DNA of 64,000 bases from an uncultured Clostridia bacterium (GCA_934254835.1 CAKQMI010000003.1:14240-78239), one strand, 5' to 3'. Positions 49,051 to 58,090 are shown, numbered from the stretch's first letter. Notes: generated from the letters alone by a model not told the origin. A program made the numbers and translations.

Positions 49051-49660
49051 TGAAAAAAACCTCCACAACCATCAAAAAACATTTGTCCATAGTGTTTTTA
49101 TATTCTTCCAAACTCTTGAAATTCGACTTGTCAAACTTGAACGAGGTGATAAGCCCTATCACGCAACTCCAAATGTAGGCGTAACTGAACGCGATGTCGG
49201 TGTCCTTTGGAATCAAGCCTTCTTTTGTCGCCTTGTCGAATACCTTGCATACCTTGCTGTTGATCGTGTTGCTGAGCTCGCCGATTGCGAACGCGCTGTC
49301 CGCGCCCAACTGCTTGTTTTTGTAGTCAACGTTGCCGATGATACCCATGAAATACACCATGTGGTTTTCTTTGAAATTTAAAACCTCATGACAACATTTC
49401 AGATAAATCTCCTTCGCGGGCAGGTCAAGACTGAGTATTTCCTCAAAATTGTCCTTGAACTTGAGCATGTGTCGGTACAAATTGCTCGCGTAAATCTCCT
49501 CTTTCGACTCGAAATAAGCATAAATCGTGGGCTTTGTGTACTGTGAATTTTTGGCGATCATTTCTATGGTTGTCTTCTCAAAGCCGTATTTGGAAAACAA
49601 CTTGTCCGCCTCATCCAGTATATTGTCGCTGTGGAAACGTGCCATTTTTTCTTTGTTCAT
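49037..49660 (-). CDS. TetR/AcrR family transcriptional regulator
   Basis: Start at MNKEKMARFHSDNILDEADKLFSKYGFEKTTIEMIAKNSQYTKPTIYAYFESKEEIY behind GAGGG. Overlaps the downstream gene by 14 nt. Confidence 0.88.
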   Translation of the reverse strand: MNKEKMARFHSDNILDEADKLFSKYGFEKTTIEMIAKNSQYTKPTIYAYFESKEEIYASNLYRHMLKFKDNFEEILSLDLPAKEIYLKCCHEVLNFKENHMVYFMGIIGNVDYKNKQLGADSAFAIGELSNTINSKVCKVFDKATKEGLIPKDTDIAFSYAYIWSCVIGLITSFKFDKSNFKSLEEYKNTMDKCFLMVVEVFFNANK

Positions 49661-49783
49661 TTTACCCTCGTACAAGATATTTTACCGTGAGTTAAATTTA
49701 TTATATCCCTTTTCCGACAATATAGCAATAAGAAACGCACCGATTTTGTTAAAATTTTAATTTGATAGATTTTTTAGTAAACT

Positions 49784-49804
49784 ATGCCAATCGATAATAC
49801 GAAC
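49784..49804 (+). repeat. possible solo terminal repeat of the TIR element (fragment E)
   Basis: ATGCCAATCGATAATACGAAC compared with the element end ATGCCAACCGTGAATAATACGAAC (2-nt gap, 1-2 mismatches). Confidence 0.35.
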
Positions 49805-49907
49805 CGCCCCAAAATAAAAAAAGGAAACGCGAAATTCGCCGTTTCCTTTTTTTGACGCAGATAACTTTTAATATTGCAGAACCTCGCTTATCCAACCTTT
49901 CCCCTAT

Positions 49908-49944
49908 AAAAAAGCAACCGATTCCATTGTGAGTCGGTTGCTTT
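49908..49944 (-). terminator. rho-independent terminator after the 248-aa hypothetical gene
   Basis: AGCAACCGA-ctcacaatggaa-TCGGTTGCT followed by TTTTTAT on the minus strand. Confidence 0.65.
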
Positions 49945-49948
49945 TTGT

Positions 49949-50695
49949 TTAGTTTTCGCAAGGCATTTTGTCGATATACTCGCAAAAATAGCAGGTTACG
50001 CCGTCTTTTGGGGATATCGCGCAGTTGTTTCTGGTGCTGTTGATTGCCGTCATAAGCTCGTACCCTTCAAGCCCGAAAAGGTCGGTTTTTGCAAACAGGT
50101 CGCTTGAAATAAACTCGGTCGGACTATCAAATCTTTGAATTTTGACAACCTTTGCAGTCACTTGGGCATAGCGCCCCTCATACGGCCAATACACGCCAAC
50201 GTCGCCCTCCTCAACGTTGTACTCCTCCTCGCTCGTTGCAAGCACGTTGATGACTTTTCCGTCATTGCAGAGCGAATCGAAACGAGTTGCGGTCATACCC
50301 GTTTTGAAATAGCGCGGGTGCGTGAATAGCGACTCGTCAACGTTTTCTTCGGGGTATTTCAGGTCGCTGTCGTTAATGCAACAATCCATATACCAGCCCA
50401 TATAATCGAGCGGAAAATGGTTGCCGTCAAACACGGCGTGCGCCATAAGCGCGCCCCACTCGCGCATACTGCAACGCACGACTTGTCCCGTGCTCAAAAG
50501 TGGCACACATCCGTCGCGTCGCTGATGCGAGTCACCGCCGAAACAATAGCCTTGCTCTCGAATTTCCTTTGCGACGGCTTCCACAACCTTGTCGCTCAGC
50601 GGTGCTTCAACATAGTCCGAATCGCCCCACCAAGTCCACCCAACTACCTTGTAGGTCACCTCGCGCGCTTTTTCTTCTTCAAAACATCCCTTCAT
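49949..50695 (-). CDS. hypothetical Cys/Trp-rich cytoplasmic protein
   Basis: 248 aa, compositionally protein-like. No motif I can assign and no obvious RBS. Confidence 0.5.
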   Translation of the reverse strand: MKGCFEEEKAREVTYKVVGWTWWGDSDYVEAPLSDKVVEAVAKEIREQGYCFGGDSHQRRDGCVPLLSTGQVVRCSMREWGALMAHAVFDGNHFPLDYMGWYMDCCINDSDLKYPEENVDESLFTHPRYFKTGMTATRFDSLCNDGKVINVLATSEEEYNVEEGDVGVYWPYEGRYAQVTAKVVKIQRFDSPTEFISSDLFAKTDLFGLEGYELMTAINSTRNNCAISPKDGVTCYFCEYIDKMPCEN

Positions 50696-50726
50696 TTTTT
50701 ATATAATCCTCAAATTATCTTGATAT

Positions 50727-50799
50727 GCCAACCGTGAATAATACGAACTGTGCCAAAACGCCGATATTTCCGTGCTTTTTGGCACAGTTCGTATTATTC
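50727..50799 (+). mobile_element. internally deleted mini-copy (C) of the TIR element
   Basis: AT+GCCAACCGTGAATAATACGAACTGTGCCAAAACGCCGATATTTCCGTGCTTTTTGGCACAGTTCGTATTATTC. The left end is intact and the right TIR is truncated. It forms a 22-bp perfect hairpin. Confidence 0.6.
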
Positions 50800-50804
50800 C
50801 TGTC

Positions 50805-50826
50805 TGGTATGGAGATGCGGGGTTTG
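50805..50826 (-). repeat. partial duplicate of the tmRNA 3' end (att-like)
   Basis: Minus strand reads CAAACCCCGCATCTCCATACCA, compared with the tmRNA 3' end CAAATCCCCGCATCTCCACCA (51150-51130). Direct orientation. Confidence 0.6.
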
Positions 50827-50844
50827 TAGCAAGCAAAGTTTGCG

Positions 50845-51017
50845 TAATAGCGGAGCGGGCGAATTTATTCACTAAAGCGGAGCGTCTACGCTCAACGATT
50901 TGTTGCGAGCAACAATGCTTCGCATTCGTGTGATAAATCACACAATCGTTGGCTATGTCCGCTACGCTCGATTTTCGCAAATGCAAGCGCTTGCTTCTCT
51001 CTTCGCTTGCGGTCAGC
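50845..51017 (-). ncRNA. candidate structured RNA/DNA core, copy 2
   Basis: The reverse complement aligns over about 173 nt with 16457-16629. It has the same hairpin architecture with compensatory substitutions and lies 112 nt downstream of tmRNA on the same strand. Confidence 0.45.
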
Positions 51018-51090
51018 CCGGGTACCGGGGTTCACGTTGCAAAGCAACGGCACGGCTTTTGCCGTGCAAAATCCCCGCTTTAGCGACATA

Positions 51091-51120
51091 GAAAAATAAG
51101 TTGAACAGGAGTTCAACTTG
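51091..51120 (-). terminator. rho-independent terminator after ssrA
   Basis: AAGTTGAAC-tcc-GTTCAACTT followed by ATTTTTC on the minus strand. Confidence 0.7.
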
Positions 51121-51129
51121 TTTCTCGTT

Positions 51130-51496
51130 TGGTGGAGATGCGGGGATTTGAACCCCGGTTCGTCCTTCTACGTCCGATACCTTCTACATGCTTATTCGGT
51201 GATTAGTTTCTCTTACCGTCGTTCGCCGACAGACGGCGGTTTTGAAGAGACGGAGAATGCCGATTTACCTACCGTCGTGAGTAAACCCGTAGCCCGTTCA
51301 GTATGACGCCGATTGCTTACGGAACAGGAACGTAAGGTCGACGTGCCACAATAATTAAGCGGCGAATGCGAACGCAGGAGCGTTCACTTTTTCGTTATTT
51401 TTTGCGTTTAATTTTAATTTTCCGTCTTTAACGCAGTCGGACCTGCGACATGCTTCTTATCGCCCATACAAAAACGTCGAATCCAAAAACATCCCC
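51130..51496 (-). ncRNA. ssrA: tmRNA (SsrA)
   Basis: 5' end GGGGATGTTTTTGGATTCGACG and 3' end GGACGAACCGGGGTTCAAATCCCCGCATCTCCACCA form the tRNA-like domain. The tag reading frame at 51405-51355, GCA AAA AAT AAC GAA AAA GTG AAC GCT CCT GCG TTC GCA TTC GCC GCT TAA, gives AKNNEKVNAPAFAFAA*. smpB is nearby. Confidence 0.93.
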
Positions 51497-51597
51497 GTAT
51501 TGAAAAATAACGAAATCTATTAAGTTGTAATATCCTGCGGTTTATCGCGCGGATTTGCACGATAAACCGTATGATTTGCAGTATTATTATATGCCGA

Positions 51598-52509
51598 TTA
51601 TTTTGAAATCGTGTCGATTTCGTACGGCGTGACCTGATAAACGTAGTAGTTGAGCCAGTTGTAATACAAGAGATTTGCGGTACTGCCCCAACTCATATCT
51701 ATGCTTCCGTCCTCGCGATAATAGTTTTTGGGCGGATCGATTTCCATACCTTTGTCCTTATCGCGGACGTACTCTCTTTCGAGGGTTTCGCGGTCGTACT
51801 CGCTGTGTCCCGTGAGGAAGATGCGACGGTTATCGTTGGATTTTATAATCGACGGACCGCACTCTTTTCCCGACACAAGAACTTCTAAATCGGGGCACTT
51901 TTTGAGTTTTTCCTCGTCGATTGCGGTGTGGCGCGAGTGAGGAATTTTTATTACGTCGTCCATGCCTTTGAGCAACGGCTCGTGCAACACTTCCTTAACA
52001 TTGTTATACACCCCGAAGAGTTTTTTGTCAAGTTGATGCTTTTCGATGCCGTAGTAATAATATAACGCGGCTTGCGCTCCCCAGCAGATAAACATCGTAC
52101 TTGTGACGTTGTCGTCCAAAAAATCGAAAATTTCCTGCAATTCCGCCCAGTATTTGACGTCGGTAAACGGCAACGTTTCGACGGGTGCGCCCGTGATAAT
52201 CATACCGTCGAACTTCATTTTTTTGATTTCGTCGAGGCTTTTGTAAAACTTTTCGAGGTAGGTTTCGCTCGTATGACTTGCCTTGTACGTCGAAGTTTTG
52301 ATAAGCGTGACGTTCACCTGCAACGGCGTATTACCCAGCAATCTAAGAAGTTGCGTTTCGGTAATTTCCTTGGTGGGCATGAGGTTCAGAATGGCGATTT
52401 CGATGGGACGAATGTCCTGCGACACTGCGCGAGTGCCGTCCATAACGAAAATCTTTTCGTTGCTGAGGCTGTCGAATGCCGGAAGATCGCGCGGGATAAC
52501 GATTGGCAT
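51598..52509 (-). CDS. metA: homoserine O-acyltransferase (MetA family)
   Basis: 303 aa. MPIVIPRDLPAFDSL...IRPIEIAILNLMPTKEITETQLLRLLGNTPLQVNVTL and the FICWGAQAAL active-site Cys region. Confidence 0.93.
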   Translation of the reverse strand: MPIVIPRDLPAFDSLSNEKIFVMDGTRAVSQDIRPIEIAILNLMPTKEITETQLLRLLGNTPLQVNVTLIKTSTYKASHTSETYLEKFYKSLDEIKKMKFDGMIITGAPVETLPFTDVKYWAELQEIFDFLDDNVTSTMFICWGAQAALYYYYGIEKHQLDKKLFGVYNNVKEVLHEPLLKGMDDVIKIPHSRHTAIDEEKLKKCPDLEVLVSGKECGPSIIKSNDNRRIFLTGHSEYDRETLEREYVRDKDKGMEIDPPKNYYREDGSIDMSWGSTANLLYYNWLNYYVYQVTPYEIDTISK

Positions 52510-52510
52510 A

Positions 52511-53797
52511 TTATTTCACCGCCTTTTCAAGCGCCTGTTTGATATCCGCAATGAGGTCGTCCGCACTTTCAAGCCCCAAACTCACGCGAATGAGGTCGGG
52601 GGAAATGCCCGCCGCCGTCAACTCCTCGTCGGTCATCTGACGGTGCGTCGAACTTGCGGGGTGCAAGCAACAACTTCTGGCGTCGGCGACGTGGGTTTCG
52701 ATGGCGATGATATTGAGCGCAGCCATAAACTTTTCGGCGTTTTTCCTTCCGCCCTTTACGCCGAAGCTGACGACACCGCACGCCCCGTTTTTAAGGTACT
52801 TTTGCGACACGTCGTAGTATTTATCGCCCTCGAGGCAAGGATAGGACACCCACGCGACGTTTTCGTTATCTTTCAAGAATTTGGCAACGGTAATGCCGTT
52901 TTCGGCGTGGCGTTTCATTCTGACGTGCAGGCTTTCCAGCCCCAAATTCAGATAAAACGCATTTTGCGGGGACTGTATCGAGCCAAAGTCACGCATAAGT
53001 TGCGCCGTGGCTTTGGTGATAAACGCGCCCTCTTTTCCGAACCTTTCGGCATAAACGATGCCGTGATAGCTGTCGTCGGGAGTGGTGAGCCCCGGGAACT
53101 TATCTGCGTGTGCGAACCAGTCGAACTTGCCCGCATCGACGATTGCCCCGCCGACCGCAACGCCGTGACCGTCCATATATTTCGTCGTGGAATGGGTGAC
53201 GATGTCCGCGCCCCACTCGATGGGACGGCACTGCACGGGGGTGGCGAAAGTATTGTCGATGATAAACGGGACGCCGTGACGGTGCGCCACGCGCGCAAAC
53301 ATTTCGATATCTACGACCGCAAGCGCGGGGTTTGCGATAGTCTCGCCGAACAACGCTTTCGTGTTGGGACGGAACGCCTTGTCAAGTTCCTCCTCGGTGC
53401 AATCGGGTGCGACGAAAGTGAAGTCGATGCCCATTTTTTTCATCGTAACGGAGAAAAGGTTGAACGTACCGCCGTAGATTGCCGAACTGCTGACGACATG
53501 GTCACCGCAACCCGCGATATTGAACACCGAATAAAAATTCGCCGCCTGACCGCTGGACGTAAGCATACCCGCCGTACCGCCCTCGAGCGTTGCGATTTTA
53601 TTGGCAACATAGTCGTTGGTGGGGTTTTGCAATCTTGTGTAAAAGTAACCGCTGGCTTCAAGGTCGAAAAGTTTTGCCATTTCGGGGCTCGAATCGTACT
53701 TGAACGTGGTGCTTTGCACGATGGGGATTTGACGCGGTTCACCGTTTTTGGGGGTGTAGCCCGCCTGTACGCATAAGGTATCGATGTTTTTATCCAT
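52511..53797 (-). CDS. metY: O-acetylhomoserine sulfhydrylase / aminocarboxypropyltransferase (PLP)
   Basis: 428 aa. PLP-lysine region HSTTKYMDGHG, and N-terminus TLCVQAGYTPKNGEPRQIPIVQSTTFKY. Confidence 0.9.
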   Translation of the reverse strand: MDKNIDTLCVQAGYTPKNGEPRQIPIVQSTTFKYDSSPEMAKLFDLEASGYFYTRLQNPTNDYVANKIATLEGGTAGMLTSSGQAANFYSVFNIAGCGDHVVSSSAIYGGTFNLFSVTMKKMGIDFTFVAPDCTEEELDKAFRPNTKALFGETIANPALAVVDIEMFARVAHRHGVPFIIDNTFATPVQCRPIEWGADIVTHSTTKYMDGHGVAVGGAIVDAGKFDWFAHADKFPGLTTPDDSYHGIVYAERFGKEGAFITKATAQLMRDFGSIQSPQNAFYLNLGLESLHVRMKRHAENGITVAKFLKDNENVAWVSYPCLEGDKYYDVSQKYLKNGACGVVSFGVKGGRKNAEKFMAALNIIAIETHVADARSCCLHPASSTHRQMTDEELTAAGISPDLIRVSLGLESADDLIADIKQALEKAVK

Positions 53798-53806
53798 ATA
53801 TTTCTC

Positions 53807-54280
53807 CTATCTCGCGCCGTATTCTTTCAACACGCGGTCGAGTTTTCTTTTGTTTTCTTTTTCTTGGATAGCGTCGCGCTTGTCGTGCAACTCTTTTCCT
53901 CTGGCGACGCCGAGCTCGACTTTCACGAGGGCGTCCTTGAAATATAGTTTGGTTGGGACGAGAGTATATCCTTTTTGCTCCACCTTTTGTTTCAGTTTTC
54001 TTATCTCGGACTTGTGCAACAAAAGACGGCGGTTGCGCATCGGATCGATTTTGAACATCGTCGCCATTTTATAGGGCGAAATGTGCATGCCGACAAGGAA
54101 AACCTCGCCGTTTTTCACGATTGCGAAACTGTCTTTCATATTGACGTTATTAAGCCTCAGCGACTTGACCTCGTGCCCTTCGAGGGCGATTCCCGCCTCG
54201 ATAGTGTCCTCGATGAAATAATCATGATAGGCTTTTTTGTTGGTGGCAATAATTTTATTGCCGTCTTGCTTTTTCTTCAT
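53807..54280 (-). CDS. smpB: SsrA-binding protein
   Basis: 157 aa. [32 protein letters not shown]...[11 protein letters not shown]. Confidence 0.95.
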   Translation of the reverse strand: MKKKQDGNKIIATNKKAYHDYFIEDTIEAGIALEGHEVKSLRLNNVNMKDSFAIVKNGEVFLVGMHISPYKMATMFKIDPMRNRRLLLHKSEIRKLKQKVEQKGYTLVPTKLYFKDALVKVELGVARGKELHDKRDAIQEKENKRKLDRVLKEYGAR

Positions 54281-56363
54281 AGACCGAGAAGTTTACACGG
54301 CGGATTTCGCGCGAAATGCCGTCCACTTTGATTTTGATTTTGTCGCCCAACGAATAAACGTTTTTGCCCGACGAAAGCGTAAAGCGCGCCTCGTCGAATT
54401 TGTATTTGCCGGCGGGCAGTTTTTCAAGCGAGATAAAACCTTCCACCGTGTTTTCAAGTTGTACGAAAACGCCAAAGCCCGTTACACCACTGATAATGCC
54501 GTCGAAAACCTCGCCCGATTTGTCCGCCATATACAGCATTTTGAAGTAGTCGTCGCCGTCGCGCTCGGCGCATTCCGCGGCAATTTCCCTTTCCGACGAT
54601 ATCGACGCCGACTTTTCGCATCTTATCGAAGTCTTTGTGATTTCCGCCCCGGTGAGTTTCCCCGCCAGCATCTTTTTGATGACGCGGTGTATCGTAAGGT
54701 CGGGATAACGGCGTATCGGCGACGTGAAATGACAGTAATATTCAAGAGCAAGCCCGAAATGTCCCGCGTTCCCCGTCGTATATTTGGCTTTTTGCATACT
54801 GCGAAGCATCATTTTGCTGATAATGCGCTCCTCCGCGGTGCCCTTTATTGCGTCCAACAGTTTTTGGTATTCCGACGCGTGCATGCTTTGGTGCACGACG
54901 AAATTGTAGTTGAACGGCGCAACGAATTTCTTGAATTCCAGCACCTTTTCCTTGTTCGGGGCTTCGTGCACGCGGTAAACGAAAGGCAGTTCGGTATGGT
55001 ACATAAACTCCGCCACCATTTCGTTGGCAAGCAACATAAACTCCTCGATGATAAGGTTGCTTTCGTAATAAGGATACGGCGCGACGGAGGTGACTTTGCC
55101 GTTTTTGTCGAACGTGAACTTCGGCTCCTCCGATATAAAGTTGATGCTTCCGCGGTTTTTCCTTTTGGTATTCAGTATCCTTTCAAGGTCGCGCGCGCAC
55201 GTTATCATATTATAAACGTCGGCGTATTTTTTGATGAGTTTTTCGTCGCCGTCCAAGATTTTTTGCACGTCGTCGTAGGTCATGCGATGGTTGCTTCTTA
55301 TCACGCTTTCGACGATTTTGTTGTCGGTGATTTTGCCCGAATTGTCGATTTTCATCACACAGGAAAGCGTCAGCCTGTCCTCGTTTTCGACAAGACTGCA
55401 CACCCCGTTTGAAATAGGCTCGGGAAACATAGGCAAGACCATGTTTGGAAGGTAAACGCTTGTTGCGCGTTTCATCGCTTCGACGTCCAAAATGCCGTCC
55501 TGTTTTATATAGTGCGCAACGTCCGCGATATGGACGTACAGCACAAATCCGTCCTCGTTCTTTTCAACGGTGATTGCATCGTCAAAATCTCTTGCGTCTG
55601 CGCCGTCGATTGTAATTGTCATCAGGTCGCGATAATCCACGCGTCTTGCAATTTCTTTCGTATCGACGGGTTTATTTATCCTTTCGGCGTCATAAAGTGC
55701 CTCTTTTGAAAAGTTCTCATAAAATCCGTGGTCGCGAATTATTGCCAGAGTATCGCCTTTTATCGTGCCGGTGCGCCCCAAAATCTCGGTGATTTCGCCA
55801 ACGGGATTTTTGCCCGAATCCCAGTCGTAAATGTTGACGACGACCTTGTCGTTGTTTTTTGCTCCGCCACGATTGGACGACGGAATAAAGATGTCCGAAA
55901 AGTAACTTTCGTCGTCGGGAATGACAAACCCGTGCCCCGCGCGATCGCTTGTGTATGCACCCACGATTTGGCGTTTGCCACGCTCGATAACGGCAACGAC
56001 TTTGCCCTCGTCCACCGTCCCTTTGACGGGTACGACAAATACTTTGTCACCGCTTTGCGCGCCGTGCAAACCTTTGTGCGGTATAAACAAATCGGCTTTT
56101 CCGTCGTCGCGAGAAAGGAATGCAAAACCCCTGCGATTTCCGCGCAGTACGCCCGACACGGCGTCGCACTTTTCACGAAGGGAATAATTGCCCTTTTCCA
56201 TGGATACGAGCACGCCGTCTTTGACAAGTTCGTCCAACGCTTTCGTGACCTCGCGTTTTTCAAAGGTCGAGTAAATGCCGAGCCTTCTGTTCAGAAGTCT
56301 GTCGGTGAAATTGTCGAGCCCCGCCGATTTTATTTCGTTTAATAATCTATCCTTAAATTCCAT
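54255..56363 (-). CDS. rnr: ribonuclease R
   Basis: Start at [15 protein letters not shown] (in frame in the track ORF, whose first 100 aa overlap secG). Cold-shock-like domains, an RNB catalytic domain and a C-terminal S1 domain ([15 protein letters not shown]). Confidence 0.92.
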   Translation of the reverse strand: MEFKDRLLNEIKSAGLDNFTDRLLNRRLGIYSTFEKREVTKALDELVKDGVLVSMEKGNYSLREKCDAVSGVLRGNRRGFAFLSRDDGKADLFIPHKGLHGAQSGDKVFVVPVKGTVDEGKVVAVIERGKRQIVGAYTSDRAGHGFVIPDDESYFSDIFIPSSNRGGAKNNDKVVVNIYDWDSGKNPVGEITEILGRTGTIKGDTLAIIRDHGFYENFSKEALYDAERINKPVDTKEIARRVDYRDLMTITIDGADARDFDDAITVEKNEDGFVLYVHIADVAHYIKQDGILDVEAMKRATSVYLPNMVLPMFPEPISNGVCSLVENEDRLTLSCVMKIDNSGKITDNKIVESVIRSNHRMTYDDVQKILDGDEKLIKKYADVYNMITCARDLERILNTKRKNRGSINFISEEPKFTFDKNGKVTSVAPYPYYESNLIIEEFMLLANEMVAEFMYHTELPFVYRVHEAPNKEKVLEFKKFVAPFNYNFVVHQSMHASEYQKLLDAIKGTAEERIISKMMLRSMQKAKYTTGNAGHFGLALEYYCHFTSPIRRYPDLTIHRVIKKMLAGKLTGAEITKTSIRCEKSASISSEREIAAECAERDGDDYFKMLYMADKSGEVFDGIISGVTGFGVFVQLENTVEGFISLEKLPAGKYKFDEARFTLSSGKNVYSLGDKIKIKVDGISREIRRVNFSVYEEKARRQ

Positions 56364-56396
56364 ATTAAAAATAAGGGCGACTTGTCGTCGCCCTTT
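56364..56396 (-). terminator. terminator-like hairpin between secG and rnr, abutting the rnr start
   Basis: AAGGGCGAC-gacaa-GTCGCCCTT followed by ATTTTTAAT then ATG on the minus strand. Confidence 0.5.
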
Positions 56397-56413
56397 GTAC
56401 TTCAAAAAAACTG

Positions 56414-56725
56414 TTAGCCTCTTCCGCTGACACTTAAAATCACGAAGTAGATTACCGAAACCACGAGAAGGAGTACCGATAATACCACCGTTGCGATTCT
56501 GAGCCTGCCCTCGGAACTTTGCGATTTGTTCTTTCCAAAGAACGAGTCGTTTTTCTGGTTGTAGCCTGCGATCGCGCTCATATCTTCGCCACTGCTTTTT
56601 TGCATAAGCACCACGACGACGAGTGCTATTGCCGCAAGCACCATGAGCGTCATCATTGCCCAACCTACCTTTTGAGCGACGTCATATTGTATAACCGATA
56701 ACATCGGCATGAAACTATTCAACAT
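56414..56725 (-). CDS. secG: preprotein translocase subunit SecG
   Basis: 103 aa. Two TM helices flank a Gly/Ser/Asn-rich loop (SSGEDMSAIAGYNQKNDSFFGKN). The position upstream of rnr-smpB matches Bacillus. Confidence 0.82.
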   Translation of the reverse strand: MLNSFMPMLSVIQYDVAQKVGWAMMTLMVLAAIALVVVVLMQKSSGEDMSAIAGYNQKNDSFFGKNKSQSSEGRLRIATVVLSVLLLVVSVIYFVILSVSGRG

Positions 56726-56908
56726 TATAAATTCCTCCGAATTTAATTAGCAAACTGAATTTTACCATATAAAAAACAAAATAACAACTATTTTTATGGT
56801 AAAAAACGGTCAAATATTAAAAAAATCACCTTATTTTTCGCCGTTTAGTATTGACTTTATAAAAAAACGACTGTATATTAGTAATAACCTTATTAGTATA
56901 GTGGTAAA

Positions 56909-58090
56909 ATGGAACGCAAGATTTTTAAGCGAAAACTTAGGCTTTTTTCCACCGATCCGCACGACGGAACGGACGCTTACTTGCGCCTTTTAAAGTTCAA
57001 AAATCTTCTGAAAAACAATATTATCGTGATTATTGCCATCATCGGCGCGATAATAACCTGCTTTTTCGTCCCGCCCGACAAGGAGTATCTCAACTACGTC
57101 AGCTACAAAACGATATTGTGTCTGCTGTCGCTGATGCTTGTCGTAAGGGGGCTTAAAGACTGCCGTTTCTTCGGGATTATGTCGGGAAAAATCTTGGATA
57201 AAATATCCGACCGCCGTGCCATCGCGACGGTGCTTATTTTTTTGCCCGCATTCTTCGCCCTTTTCATCACCAACGATATCGCAACGATTACGTTCATTCC
57301 GTTTGCGATTATTATGCTGTCGCAGGCGGAGGCGAACGACCTTATCCCGTTCGTCGTTATTATGCAAACGATGGCGGTCAAGTTGTCGGGCATTATCTCC
57401 CCTCTCGGCAACGCGCAAAACCTGTTTCTCATCGACTACTACAACTTTGACTTTTTGTGGTTTATCAAAAACTTGTGGCCACTGGCGGTCGCGGGCTACG
57501 GACTGACGGCGATTTTGTGCCTTTTTGTCAAGAAAGGAAAGTTAAATCCCCCGCCCGTCGGCGAATATCGACTGCCGAAGTTCAAGCTGTTTATATATTT
57601 TGTAATGTTCGTTTTCATCATCATCTCGATTTTCGACGTGCTTCCTTACTATATAGTCACGCCGATTATCCTTGCGGTGATGCTTGTCGTGCACCCCAGA
57701 AGTTACAAAAAAGCCAACTACGGCGTCATTATTATGTTCACGGCGTTTTTCATAATGAGCGGAAACTTTTTGCGTATGCCGTTGGTCAATAGTTTTCTGA
57801 CCAACGTCATCGCCGGCAACGAACTGTGGCTTTCTGCAATCGCGTCGCAACTGCTCACCAACAACCCCGTCGCGCTGGTGTTCCCGACGTTTTCAAAAGA
57901 CACCGTTGCCTTGATGTACGGTATCAATATCGGCAAATACGGCACCGCCCCGCTGAACAACTATATGGTGATGAGCCTTGAAAGAAAGTACGACGTCAAA
58001 AAGCATTTCGTCCTCAAACTTCTGCTTGTCAACTTCTTATATTTCCTCGTATTGTTCGGCGTCTCCGCCATCGTCATTTACACGAAGTAA
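56909..58090 (+). CDS. ArsB/NhaD-superfamily anion permease (YbiR/SLC13-like)
   Basis: 393 aa, polytopic. The SPLGNAQNL motif resembles the GNPQN signature of this superfamily. Confidence 0.65.
   Translation: MERKIFKRKLRLFSTDPHDGTDAYLRLLKFKNLLKNNIIVIIAIIGAIITCFFVPPDKEYLNYVSYKTILCLLSLMLVVRGLKDCRFFGIMSGKILDKISDRRAIATVLIFLPAFFALFITNDIATITFIPFAIIMLSQAEANDLIPFVVIMQTMAVKLSGIISPLGNAQNLFLIDYYNFDFLWFIKNLWPLAVAGYGLTAILCLFVKKGKLNPPPVGEYRLPKFKLFIYFVMFVFIIISIFDVLPYYIVTPIILAVMLVVHPRSYKKANYGVIIMFTAFFIMSGNFLRMPLVNSFLTNVIAGNELWLSAIASQLLTNNPVALVFPTFSKDTVALMYGINIGKYGTAPLNNYMVMSLERKYDVKKHFVLKLLLVNFLYFLVLFGVSAIVIYTK

Noticed and set aside
49676-51129. A classical genomic island or prophage integrated at tmRNA.
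   Set aside because: There is no integrase, excisionase or phage gene. The att-like duplicate lies only about 320 bp from ssrA. It is reported instead as a miniature non-coding module.
56364-56663. The N-terminal 100 aa of the 802-aa track ORF for RNase R, and similar upstream extensions at 1420-1512, 11592-11726, 23100-23123, 34705-34794 and 43526-43588.
   Set aside because: The extensions overlap the preceding gene, are Arg-rich or low-complexity, start at non-ATG codons in some cases, and an internal ATG/GTG with a good RBS or ATGA coupling gives the family-typical N-terminus.
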